A program made the translations under genes and the position numbers. Positions 47,001-60,290 of a stretch of 64,000 nucleotides of DNA are shown here, piece by piece. The first letter of the stretch is position 1. The number at the start of each line of letters is the position of its first letter. Under the pieces are notes generated by a model. The model was not told the origin of the DNA. It searched no databases and saw nothing but the letters and a program-made list of their open reading frames with translations. Location: contig NC_083412.1 in NCBI RefSeq assembly GCF_020745735.1, forward strand, positions 77,714,320 to 77,778,319, written 5' to 3'. Origin of the DNA: Hemiscyllium ocellatum (Eukaryota).

Positions 47001-48962
47001 AGCTTCAAAAGCCCTTGTAGTTCCCTCTTTTTTTTCTGTCCTTTGTTTCTGAAATAATGAGGGTACAATTTCAACATTCTAATCTACAGATTCTGCTATG
47101 GTGTCTATAGAATTGGGAAAGTTGATCATTCTCCATTATCTACACAACCACCTCTTTCAACACTCACAGATTGAGCTCTTCAGGTTCTGTGGCTCTGTCA
47201 ATATTCAGTTACATTAATTATTCCAATTTTATTTTTACATATCATACTTCAGTTATTCATCTACATGAGAATGACTGACAGTAATTATTCAGTTTCTCTG
47301 CCATTTTTTATATATTCTGAAATTCTGCAATTGACCACATTTGTCTCTACTGATCTTTTCCTGTTTATATACCTTAGAGCTGTTTGCTGCCCATTTTTAT
47401 GTTTGTATTCTATTCGCCAGATTTTTTTGTTACTTGATCCTTCTTTATTGAATTCTAAAATGCTCATAAACCTCAAAATTGCTACTCTTTTAGCATTTTT
47501 TTAAATAATTCTCCTCCTTTAATCCAATCTAACCTTTAACTTCCTTTGACAAGCTCAGCAGACTCACTTGTGTTGCGCTTTTGTGTCTGAAAAGAATATA
47601 TGTTTGTTCCAAGTCATGTATTAATTGATAACATACTGGCTATTGCCTTTGATTCATCATACCTTTTAATATATTTTCCCTGCTTACCAAAGCCAACATG
47701 GCAATCATCCCTTTTTTTGTTTGTTCAGATTTACAACCCAAGATTTGGATTGAAACACATTGCTTTTAAACATGACTGAAGATTCCATTTTATTATGGTT
47801 ACTCTTTGTTCTTAATCATTGCACAATACTAGATCCAAACAGCATGTTCCTTAGTTTCTGAATATACTGCTGTAGAAAACTGTCCTAAACACATCCCAGG
47901 AAAATGTCCCCACCCCGCCAACATACACACCAATGCAGCTCACCAGATTTACCCAGTCTGTTTGTAGATCAAAGTCACCCATGATTAATACACTATATAA
48001 TACTGGGTACTGTTCCCTCATATCTCCAGCAACAGCCCATTTCTATTTAAAACCTAATTTCGGTTCCCAGTAATAATTCACTAGGTTTGGCAGCAGCTAA
48101 ATTTCACGTGCAGAAAGGAGACTTGGGAATTAAAATTGGATGAGCCTTTTGAAATGACTGACACACAAATACCCCTGTTTGCTATCAACACTCACATCTG
48201 GGGGATTATGCCAAAATTGAGAGAGCTGTCTGAAAGATGAGTCAAGCAACAGCTGACATTCTGATGGAATCGTACCTAATAAACAATGTTCCCCAGATAC
48301 CACCATTACCATAAGAGAAAATGCTGGAAAATCTCAGGGTCCTTTTTAGCTTTAACAAAGGATCAGTTAGACTTGAAACGTCAGCTCTTTTCTCTCCTTA
48401 CAGATGCTGCCAGACCTACTGAGATTTTCCAGCATTTTCTCTTTTGGTTTCAGATTCCAGCATCTGCAGTAATTTGCTTTTAACTACCGTAACCATCTCT
48501 GGGTATGCCCTGTTCCACCAGGAAGTGGTGGTTCAGTGATATACAATCAAGAGGGAGTTGCCCTGGGAGTCTTCAACATTGACCAAAATGTTGTATCAAG
48601 CCTAACATGGGCAAGGAAGCTTTCTGCTGATTATCATGTATCACCTCCACCAAAACCTCCCTGACTATTGAATTAGTTCTCCATGTTGAATACCACTTTG
48701 ATGGTGGTATGCGCGCAGGATGTATTTGGGTTGGGATATTTTGATGCTTATCACCAAGACCATGACTGACCAAACTCGCTGAAGCCTAAAGAACATAACA
48801 TGACTGGGCCTCAGGCAGGTCATGAAAGGAGAAAAATTTAATTGATCTTAACCTCACTAATATACCAGTGCAACAAATGCATCTGTCCATAACAATATCA
48901 GTAAAAATGGCCAGTGTACAATCCTTGTAGAGATGGACTCTCACATTGAAGATACATCCTAT

Positions 48963-49281
48963 GGGTGGCATGGTGGCACAGCAGTTAGCACTGCTGCCTC
49001 ACAGCACCAGAGACCAAGGTTCAATTCCTGCCTCAGGCAACTGACTGTGTAGAGTTTGCACATTCTCCCCGTGTCTGCGTGGGTTTCCTCCGGATGCTCC
49101 GGTTTTCTCCCACAGTTCAAAAATGTGCAGGTTAGGTGAATTGGCCATGGTAAATTGCCTGTGGTGTTAGGCAAAGGCGTAGATGTAGGGGAATGGGTCT
49201 AGGTGAGTTGCGCTTCAGCGGGTCGGTGTGGACTTGTTGGGCCGAAGGGCCTGTTTCCACACTGTAAGTAATCTAATCTAA
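48963..49281 (+). mobile_element. HE1-type SINE
   Basis: Close similarity to the 10549 copy. Confidence 0.88.
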
Positions 49282-49962
49282 CTTTTTAGTAGTAAACTAC
49301 CATTATGCTCAACCGAATAGATCCAGCAGTCCATGAATGGCATCCATGGGGTACTGTGGCTCGTCCACAGTAGAATTCAACCAGAACTTGTAAATTGATG
49401 GGCCAGCATATCTCCTATTCGACCATAAACACCACGCCATTGCATTAACCCTGATTAAATGAAACTGTAGGAGGACATGCAGGTTAAGCTGTGAGAAGGG
49501 ATTACATGCATGCCAAACAACATAAGATAGAGTTATTAATCTCGTAACTAATGAATCAAATCCAAATTTGAGAGTCTTATTAAATAATTTAGTATAGGAA
49601 GTGGTTCCCCATCCTCAGGATGAAGTATTTGCAACAGTTGTTAGCCAGAAATGACAAATTCATAAGTGGCAAATTTGACTTCATAAAAGAGATGCCAGAC
49701 TTCAGCCAATTGAATTCACTCCATTTGATATGCAGAAACATCTGAAGGGATGAAATCCTGCAAAGGCTGTGGTCCTTGACAACATTCCAGCAATGTTTCT
49801 GTGCTCCAAACTAGTGTCCCTAGCCAAGCTGTTCCACCACAGCTACAACAAGGATCTACCTGACAATTCTCACCATTCGTGACTCATCAGATTCTGAAGC
49901 AGTCCATGTTCAAATGCATCAAGATCTGGACAATATCTAGGCTTGAGCTGACAAGTGGCAAG

Positions 49963-52377
49963 TGAGGCTTTCAAAGATAGGTTAAAGATAGTGCAGGATA
50001 GGCATGTCCCATTGAAGGCAAAGGATAGGAAGGGCAAGATTTGTGAACCATGGATGATAGGAGAAATTATATGACTAGCCAAGAGGAAAAGGGAAGCATG
50101 CATAAGGTCTAGGCAGCTAAGAACAGAACGGGCCTTGGAAGAGTATCGGAAGAGTAGGACAAGTCTTAAACAAGGAATCAAGCAGGCTAAAAGGGGTCAT
50201 GAAATAGCTTTAGCGAACAGAATTAAGGAGAATCTCAAAGCATTTTATTCTTATATAAGAAGCAAGCAGGTAACTAGAGAAAGGATTGGTCCACTAAAGG
50301 ATACCGAAGGAAAGCTGTGTGTCAAACCTGAGAGAATGGGTGAGATTCTGAACGATTACTTTGTATCAGTGTTCACTGAGGAGAGGAACATGATGAATGT
50401 TGAGATTCGAGATAGAGGTTTGATTAGTCTGGATCACATTGACATAAGTAGGGAAGATGTGTTGGGTATGCTAGAGGATATTAAGGTGGACAAATCCCCA
50501 GGACCGGATGGGATCTATCCCAGGTTGCTGAGGGAGGTGAGAGAGGAAATAGCTGAGGCCCTGACAGATATCTTTGTGGCATCCTTAAATACAGGTGAGG
50601 TGCCGGAGGACTGGAGGGTTGCTCATGTTGTCCTCTTGTACAAGAAGGGAAGTAGGGATATTCCGGATATCTATAGACCAGTGAGCCTGATGTCGGTGGT
50701 GGGAAAGTTGCTGGAGAAGGTACTGAAGGATAGGATCTATTTATGTTTAGAAAAGAATGGGCTTATCAGTGATAAGCAACATGGTTTTGTGCAGGGGAGA
50801 TCATGCCTTACCAACTTAATAGAGTTCTTCGAGGAAGTGACCAAGTTGATAGATGAAGGAAGGGTTGTTGATGGCCTTCAGTAAGACGTTTGATAAGGTT
50901 CCCCATGGTAGACTAATGGAGAAAGTGAAGTCACATGGTGTGCAGGGTGTTAGATTAGATTACTTACAGTGTGGAAACAGGCCCTTCAGCCCAACAAGTC
51001 CACACCGACCCGCCGAAGTGCAATCCACCCATCCCCCAACATTTACCCCTTACCTAACACTACAGGCAATTTAGCATGGCCAATTCACCTGATCCGCACA
51101 TCTTTGGACTGTGGGAGGAAACCGGAGCACCCAGAGGAAACCCACGCAGACACGGGGAGAACATGCAAACTCCACACAGTCAGTCGCCTGAGTCGGGAAT
51201 TGAACCCGGGTCTCTGGCGCTGTGAGGCAGCAGTGCTAACCACTGTGCCACCGTGCCACCCACGAGCTAGGTGGATAAAGAACTGATTGAGCAACAGGAG
51301 ACAGAGAGTAGTAGTTGAAGGGAGTTTCTCGAAATGGAGAAAGGTTACCAGTGGTGTTCCACAGGGGTCAGTATTGGGTCCACTGTTGTTTGTAATATAC
51401 ATAAATGATCTAGAAGAGGGCACTGTTGGTCTGATCAACAAGTTTGCAGATGACGCAAAAATTGGTGGAGTAGCAGAAAGCATAAAGGACTGACAGAGAA
51501 TACAGGAGGATATAAACAGACTGGAGAGTTGGGCAGAAAAGTGGCAGATGGATTTCAATCCAGACAAATGTGAGGTGATGCATTTAGGCAAGCCTAATTC
51601 TAGAGCGAATTATACAATGAACGGAAGAGATTTGGGAAAAGTTGATGGGCAGAGAGATCTGGGAGTGCAGGTTCACTGTACCTTGAAGGTTGCTGCACAG
51701 GTGGATAGAGTGGTCAAGAAGGCATATAGTATGCTTACCTTCATCAGACGCATAAGAACTGGCAAGTTTAAGAGCTGGCAAGTCATGTTAACATTGTACA
51801 AGACATTGGTTCGGCTGCATTTAGAATACTGTGTACAGTTCTGGTCGCCACATTACCAAAAGGATGTGGACGCTTTGGAGAGGATGCAGAGAAGATTTAC
51901 AAGGATGTTGCCCAGTATAGAAGGTGCTAGCTATGAAGAAAGGTTGAGTAGGCTACGTTTATTTTCATTAAAAAAAGGAGATTGAGGGGGAGACCTGATT
52001 GAGGTTTATAAAATCATGAAGGGTATAGACAGGGTGGATAGAGACAAGCTTTTTCCCCAGGGTGAAGGATTCAATAATGAGAGGTCATGCTTTCAAGGTG
52101 AGAGGTGGAAAGTTTTAGGGGAATACATGCAGCAAGTACTTCACACAGAGGATGGTGGGCGTTTGGAACGCGTTGCCAGCAGAGGTGGTAGAGGCAGGCA
52201 CGGTAGATTCATTTAAGATGCATTAGGGTAAATGCATGAGTAGGTGGGGAGTAGAGGGATACGGATGCTTAGGAATTGACTGACAGGTTTAGACAGTACA
52301 TTTGGATCAGCTCAGGCTTGGAGGGCCGAAGGGCCTGTTTCTGGGCTGTAAATTTTCTTTATTCTTTATTCTTTGTT
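49963..52377 (+). mobile_element. CR1 LINE, second subfamily, about 2.1 kb plus nested SINE
   Basis: [45 protein letters not shown]; TTCTT-type tail. Confidence 0.93.
50950..51261 (-). mobile_element. HE1-type SINE nested in a CR1 LINE
   Basis: Interrupts the RT frame between ...KSHGVQG and ARWIKN. Confidence 0.88.
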
Positions 52378-53292
52378 CTAATCTGCACCACACAAATGCC
52401 AGGCAATGGCCAACACAAAAACTAGACAATCTAACTCCCGTCCCTTTACATTCGATTGTGTCATCATCATTGAATCCCCAACTATCAACATCTTTGGGAT
52501 TACCATTGATCAGAAACTCAACTGGACTCACCAAAATAACACAATGGCTATAAGATGCACTGCAGAAGTTCACCAAAGATCCTCAGACAGCAACTTCCAA
52601 ACCCACAACCATTTCCAACTAGAAGGACCAGGAGTAGCAGATAGATGGGAACATCACCACCTACAAGTTCCCCTTTAAGCCACTCACCACCCTGACTTGG
52701 AAATATATCACAATTCCTTCATTGTCACTGGGTCAAAATCCTGGAATTCCCTCCCGAATGGCATTGTAGGTCAACCCACAGCAGGTGCATTGCAGTGGTT
52801 CAAGAAGGCACCTAGGGATGGACAATAAATGCCCACATCCCACAAATGAATAAAAGAAAACAATATGGAAAATTGCTAAGGTATGTCCAGTCCCCAAGTA
52901 GCAGGACAAATCCAACTCAATTGCTGCCCCATCAGTGTATTCTCCATTATTATTAAAGTGATGAAAAGTACTGTCATCAAAAGTGCTATGAAGCAGCACC
53001 TATTCAGCAATAACCTGCTCAGTGACACCAAGTTTGGGTTCTGTTACAGCTACTCAGCTCCTGGTTTCATTACTGCCTTGGTCCAAACATGGACAAAAAA
53101 CAAAGCTGAAAGTAAGAGGAAACGTGGGGATGATTGCCTTTGACTTTAAGAGAGGATGCAGAAAGTGGGGCTTCAGTGATGGTAATACCATTGAATGTCA
53201 AGCTATGATGGTTACTTTCTCTCTTATTAGAGATTATTAACTGGCATTTGAGTGGCAAGAATATTGTCCATATCTTACTGAATTTGGATATC

Positions 53293-53545
53293 ATAAAATC
53301 ATAGAATCCTTACAGTGCCATTTTGCCCAACAAGTCCACACCAACCTTCCAAAGAGTAACCCATCCAGACCTATTCCCCTACCCTATTACCCTAAATTTA
53401 TCCCTGACTAATGTACCTAACCTACACATCCCTGAACATTATGGGCAATTCAATTAACCTGAACATCTTTGGATTGCAGGAGGAAACCAGAGCACCGGGA
53501 GGAAACCCCCACAGACATGGGGAGAATGCAAACTTTTCACCCAAG
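53293..53545 (-). mobile_element. Partial HE1-type SINE
   Basis: Core and tail present, tRNA head missing. Confidence 0.7.
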
Positions 53546-56360
53546 CCACCAGAAGGTAGAAAAGACATAGATATTACAGAATGTGAACAGCAACTGATAT
53601 TGCTGAACGTTGTGAAATCCTTATGTTTGACCTTATGATGAAGGTAGATCATTGATGAAGCAGTTGAAGACGTTTTGGCCTAGAACACTGCCTTGAAGTA
53701 TTTCACTGAATGTAGTATCAGGTCCTTGCAAAACCTGAGTCAATATGAGTCAGGGAAAAGCTGCCTATTGTGTCGAGTCATATCTGGCACAAGGTTTATG
53801 GTTATTGTAAGTGAATCATCTCAACTCCAAGACATCAACGCAGGAGTTCCACGACTGCAGGTAGTGTTCTTTATTCAGCCAAAAGCCAACATTAAACTCG
53901 GTAACAAATTTTCATTCAACCTTTATTTACTTGACTCCCTCATGGGATTTGCGTCTTACTGACAAATTGAGAATTGGTTGCTCTCAAGATGCTGTTGAAC
54001 TATCTTGTCAATATTGGCTTGTCATATGGTTTAAGAGTCAACTGCATTGTTTGGGTCTGGAGTCACATATAGGCCAGAGAATAGATTTTCCTTCCTAAAG
54101 GACATCAGTGAACCAGATGTGTTCTTACATCAATCTTGTAGTTTCATGATCATCTTTAACACAAAAGTCAAAAGTCATTGAGGATCAGTTGAAAATGTGG
54201 AGTTGAAGACGCAGTCACCTCAGGCATGAATTTATTGAAAGGCAGAGCAGGCTCCTGGGGCTGAATGGCCTATTCCTATTCCTAATTCCTATTAATGATG
54301 ACAGTAGCTTTTGATTTCATGAATACTTAATTAAGTGAATTTAAATTCCCCAAGTGCCAATTGAACAGAAGCGTGTAGAGTATTCACTCCCCCTCTGGAT
54401 TACTAGTCTTATAGCACAATACAGCCTTTTCTGACAGCCTTTATAAAAACATGAGATTTTGGTATAAATATAATAATTTACTCCAGAACATGCCATCTCT
54501 TTACACTGGAAATGGAACAACCACTTGCTCAGTACAGGAAATACCCATATGGTTAGGAAAAAAACAAAGTAGCTATTAGAATGTGTGAGACTTAGTGATA
54601 TCTATTGTAATCATATTTCATGGTTTATTCCTTCTATGCATTTTAAATATTTGTCTTGAAGTAATCCTGTTTTAGCAATGTTATTGCTACCTTTTCTTAT
54701 GGATTACTGCTTTTCTTGGGGGGGAAGGAATGTAAAATGTATCCCAGTCAATACGCAGATAATCGTAAGCATAGGTGCACTACGGGTCCGATGTCAATGT
54801 ATACTACGCATTTTGACTGTGGCTTGGCTAACTTGAACTGGTTTCAACAAAATCTTTTGCAAACCCGTGACTTCAGTTATGAATGACTTAACTTGTTCAG
54901 CTGCATGAGTTGAGCCTGAGATTACAGTGACATTTGATTTCTTATAAAGTAACCTTTCATTACCAGTTCAAACTTGCCTTTGCAGTGGTTAGCAAATGGA
55001 GACAAGACATGACCAAATGAAGGGTGAATTTAGAAAGTAACATGTGTTTTTTCAAATTTGATTTTTAAAGCGTTTTGGTTTAATTCCCCACTCACTCTTA
55101 ATTCTCACTTTTGAAATAGACTTTTAGAATATAAGGAAGGCATGCAGTCCAATGTGCATGAATTTTCCTGCAGCCGCTGGCACCCTGACATTAGGATTAT
55201 ATGTGGGTCCCAAGCCTGTGGTTTTCTGCAGCGTCCTTACTGCTGCAGGTTTACAAGAAATGGCCTCCTCATTTTCCTGAGTTTGCTGTTCAATTAAAAT
55301 AGACAGTGGGTGAGAAATGGACATGGATGAAGGTGGGAATGTCAATTGGACAGCCTAGAGGAATGACCAACAGCCATGTTGGGAGAGGTGGGTGCTGCTC
55401 AGGTAATTTAGGGAGGGGAGGGTGAGGATAGGTGGGTTTGGGGAGTGTGAAGTTCAAAATGGAACCACTCACTATAGGGTGCTCCTGGCACATTCTAAAG
55501 CAGAGCCCAGTACTGACAGGATTCTAAACATAGAGGGGGACACACCTCCCCAGACATATGTTTGACCATAGTGGTCCCACTTTTAGCCTTTTGGATCTCT
55601 GATACAGACATGTACTCTGGGTCTGTGACCTTCAGCGGTGAAGGCTACTTCTGATGGGTGGCCACGCTATGGACATAGTGGAGTGGGGAGTACCTGAGAA
55701 GAATCTGAAATCCACCCCCACTGTCCCCCTCTCAAAATATAGTCAATTATTAAGGCCTTTATTGTTTTGGACTGCCTCCTTCCATCAAGTGGGCTGCAGC
55801 TAGACCCTGGGAGACTCCCGTGGACTCACCAAAGGGGCTCATGTCAACAAGCCATTCCCACGAGTTTCTTGGAACTCCAGTCTTGAAAGATCTGAGACCA
55901 TTCCCTCCTCCCCTACCATGTCTGTGCTGTTATAAAAATAGTTTTGTTTGCTTTTTATACCTATGTCATGTATTTTAATTTCTTTATGTATCAGTAGGTT
56001 AAACCAACAGTCGTAACACTTTTGTCAGCCTAGAAGAACTAATCCTCATTAGTATTTGTTAAATACCAATGTTGTAGCAATGCTACCTAGTTCTACTTTG
56101 CTGAGAAAACTATTTTACCTGTTTCCTAGGTTTTGTTTACTTAATACATGATGTAACTTGAAGAAACACAATGCAGTCGATTTATGAGTCAACACACAAA
56201 AACAACAAACAAAGGTGCTTTTAGATGTGACACTAAACCAGGGGCTTGTCTGCTCTCTTAAGGCAGAAGTAAAAGTTCCCAACGAAAGCATTGTTTTGAG
56301 GTTGGGAGTTCTCCCCAGCGTCCTCTACAGTATTCAAAGCTCAACCGACATCACTTAAAA

Positions 56361-56590
56361 CAAAAGCATAATCTGCAGATATTGGAAATCTGAAATAAAA
56401 CCAGAAAATGCTGGAGAAACTCAGCAGATCTGGCAACCTCTCAGTGAAAAGAGAAACAGAGTTAAATGTTTTGAGTCTGATATGAATCTTCAGGGTTGGA
56501 ACTCCAGTCCTGAAGATGTAAAACATTAACTCTGTTTCTCTCTCCACAGAGGCTGCCAGACTTGCTGAGTTTCTCCAGCACTCCTTATTT
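56361..56590. mobile_element. Palindromic Penelope-terminus insertion inside a DeuSINE-like remnant
   Basis: GCTGGAGAAACTCAGCAG...GAAACAGAGTTAA and its reverse complement TTAACTCTGTTTC...GCTGAGTTTCTCCAGC. Confidence 0.65.
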
Positions 56591-58759
56591 CTCTTAAAGA
56601 AGTTATTATTTACAATAGTCTCATTGCTGTTAGTTTGAGCTTGTGTTCATAAATTGACTGCTGTGGTCCTTGCAGTCTCTTCTTGGGCAATCTCTTGTCA
56701 TTGAAGATGTCTTTCTCCCACTCGGTTTGGATAGATTCTAAGTTGAGGATGAGTCGAACTCGTGACCTATGGACTCTGCCACATGTCTGGTGGATGGTCC
56801 TGGAAAGGCCAGGTGGGTGAGATGTTTGGAGGTTTGAGTGCTTCCCTCCGAAACCTTAACTTTGTTCCTCCATTGACAATGTTTCTCAATGTGTTCATTG
56901 CCTTCCTGAATGAACCTTTTCCTTTCTGTCCAGAGCTAGAGGGCATAGGTTTAGGGTGAGAGGGGAAAGATCTAAAAGAGACCTAAGGGGCAACCTTTTC
57001 CCACAGAGGGTGATACGGGTATGGAATGAGCTGCCAGAGGAAGTGGTGGAGGCTGGTACAATTGCAATATTTAAGGGGCATTTGGATGGGTATATGAATA
57101 GGAAGGGTTTGGAGGGATATGGGCCGGGTGCTGGCAGGTGGGACTAGATTGGGTTGGGATATCTGGTCGGCATGGACGGGTTGGACTGAAGGGTCTGTTT
57201 CCATGCTGTACATTCTATGAATATGACTCTATGACTCTGTGGTCAGTCTCAAGGAAGTGCCAAGATATTTGTCCTCGAGACATATACTTTTGAGGACATC
57301 CCAAAAGCATACATTACAACATTGACTACAAAGAACTTTAACATGGTTTGGAATTCCTCCTCTGAAAGCACTCATTCCTTGTTGGAGTATAGTTTTATAT
57401 AGTTTTAAGGGTATCAAGCATCTGTGAAAACTCTTCTAATCTTCAAATTTCATCTGCAAAGCTGCTAATTTTTAAAATTTATTTACAAAATGTGAGCATT
57501 ACTAGCATGGGCAGTGTTTATTTACCATGTATAATGGCCCTTGAGAAGATAGTGCTGCTCTTAGCTCAGTGGTCTACGCGCTGAAGGTATTACTTTAGTG
57601 CTCTTAGGAAGGGGTACTGCAACAGAAAACAGCCATGATGGTGAAAGACTTGGAGAGAGACTTGCAGATGGTGGTGTTCCCAAGCATTTACACGTGACAG
57701 TGAATTATCCTAGGGCTTCTTGCATGCAGATAGCTAGGTTGAAATTGACAAAATTAAAAATCACACAATATAAGGTTACAGCCCAACAGGTTTATTTAGA
57801 AGCACTAGCTTTCGGAGTGCTGCTCTTTAGTCAGGTAGCTCATGGGGTAGGATCATAATACATAGAATTTATAGCACTAGATCATAGTGTCATGCAATTA
57901 GTACAATATATCGAACAAACATAGATTGCTGTGACATAGGCGCAGAAGGAATCTGCAGACAAGATGATTAAGAAGCAGATTTTAATGAAAATGAGTATTG
58001 GAAGGCTTTAGAAGAACTGCCACTGAGTTTATTTCTATCCTTGGTTCAAGTCCTTGAATATTATTAAGGCAGAGATGGATAGATTCTTGTTTAAAAAGTG
58101 AGTGAAAGGTGATCAAGGGTAGGATACAAAATGACAGTACAGTTAGATCAGCCATGATTTTATTGAATGGCAGAGCAGATTCAAGGGACTGGTTGGCTGA
58201 GTCCTGTTCCTGATTTGTATGTTTGCATGACCACAAAGTGCACTGTCAGAAAGGGTCATATGCCGAGGTCAACAATGCTAACTTTTGCTTTTCTGTTCCC
58301 AGCCCAGTAAGAGATACTGAGGTCATGTGTAGTGCGAATCCACTTACCCAGATGCCAACTTGTGTGAAATTGGTGACTTTTGTTGAATTTGTCATTGTCT
58401 ACTTAGACTCAGTAATATCAGCTTCCCCTCTTTGGTTAGAAGCAGCATCAGGAATGCTATTATATTGTTGTCTCATGTATTACGTAACCACTGGTCTAAA
58501 CACTGATTTTATCAAATTTTGACACAATTTCAGTTGGAAGTAGGTTTAAGGGGATAGACACTATGTCTGCAGTAGGGAAAGATCTTGATTTGTTACAACA
58601 TAGTTTTGGGAAAGGACTATAACCTTGTATTGTGTGATTTTTAATTATATCAATTTCAACCTAGCTACCTGCCTCTCTCAGATATTGACTTGGAGAATCT
58701 ATTTCAAAATCTCTGTCTTTTGAGATTTTTCTAAAGTCTTTCCTTTTTCTGTTTCTGGC

Positions 58760-60290
58760 AGTCATGGAGTGATAGAGTCATAGAGATGTACAGCACAGAA
58801 AAAGACTATTCAGTCCAACTCGTCCACGGCGACCAGATGAGTCAACCCAATCTAGTCCCACCTGCCAGCACCTGGCCCATATCCATCCAAACCCTTCCTA
58901 TTCATATACCCATCCAGATGTCTCTTAAATGCTGCAATTGTACCAGCCTCAACCACTTCCTCTGGCAGCCCATTCCACACACACACACCACCCTCTGAGT
59001 CAAAAGGTTGTCCTTAGGTCTCTTTTATATCTTTCCCCTCTCACCCTAAACTTATGCCCTCTAGTTCTGGACTCCCCCACCCCAGGAAAAAGACTTTGTC
59101 TATTTACCCTATTCATAAACTTTTATAAGGTCACCCCTCAGCCTCTGACCCTCCAGGGAAAACAGCCCTAGCCTATGCAGCCCTGGAAGGATGTTGTGAA
59201 ACTTGAAATGGCTCAGAAAAGATTTACAAGGATATTGCCAGGGTTCGAGGATTTGAGCTATAGGGAGAGGTTGAATAGGTTAGGGCTGTTTTCCCTGGAG
59301 TATCGGAGGCTGAGGGATGACCTTATAGAGGTTTACAAAATCATGAGGGGCAGGGATAGGATAAACAGACAAAGTTTTATTTCCCGGGGTGGGGGCAGTC
59401 CAGAACTAGACAGTTTAGAGTAAGAGGGGAAAGATATAAAAGAGACCTAAGGGGCAACCTTTTCACGAAGAGGATGGTACGTGTATGGAATGAGCTGCCA
59501 GAGGAAGTGGTGGAGGCTGGTACAATTACAACATTTAAGAGGCATTTGGATGGGTATATGAATAGGATGGGTTTGGAGGGATATGGGCCAGGTGCTGGCA
59601 GGTGGGACTAGATTGGGTTGGGATATCTGGTCAGCATGGATGAGTTGGACCAAAGGGTCTGTTTCCGTGCTGTGCATCTCTATGACTCTATGATTCTCTC
59701 TGCAGCTCAAATCCTCCAACCCTGGCAACATCCTTGTAAATCTTTTCTGAACCCTTTCAAGTTTCACAACATCCTCCAGTAGGAAGGAGACCAGAATTGC
59801 ATGCAATATGCCAAAAGTGGCCTAACCAATGTCCTGTACAGCTGCAACATGACCTCCCAACTCCTGTACTCAATACTGTGACCAATAAAGGAAGGCATGC
59901 CAAACGCCTTCTTCACTACCCTATCTACCTGCAACTCTACTTTCAAGGAGCTATGAACCTGCACTCTAAGGTCTCTTTGTTCAGCAACACTCCCTAGGAC
60001 CTTACCATTTAAGTGTATAAGTCCTGCTAAGATTTGCTTTCCCAAAATGCAGCACTTTGCATTTATCTAAATTAAACTCCATCTGCCACTTCTCAGCCCA
60101 CTGGCCCATTGGATCAAGATCCAGTTGTAATCTGAAGTAACCTTCTTCACTGTCCACTACACCTCAAATTTCTCATTTTGGTGTCATCTGCACACTTAAT
60201 AGCTATTCCTCTTATGCTCACATCCAAATCATTTAGATAAATGACAAAAAGTAGAGGACCCAACACCGATCCTTGTGGCGCTCCACTGGT
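58760..60290. mobile_element. Minus-strand CR1/HER1 copy interrupted by a plus-strand copy of the same family (about 59181-59695)
   Basis: Minus copy breaks at about 59180 and resumes at about 59697. Confidence 0.85.

Noticed and set aside
50135-50884. 249-aa ORF (and the 248-aa ORF at 17731) as host genes or active LINEs
   Set aside because: 5'-truncated, frameshifted CR1 ORF2 fragments.
54740-54830. Short CpG-retaining stretch, possible ncRNA or conserved element
   Set aside because: No structure, box motifs or ORF that I can support.
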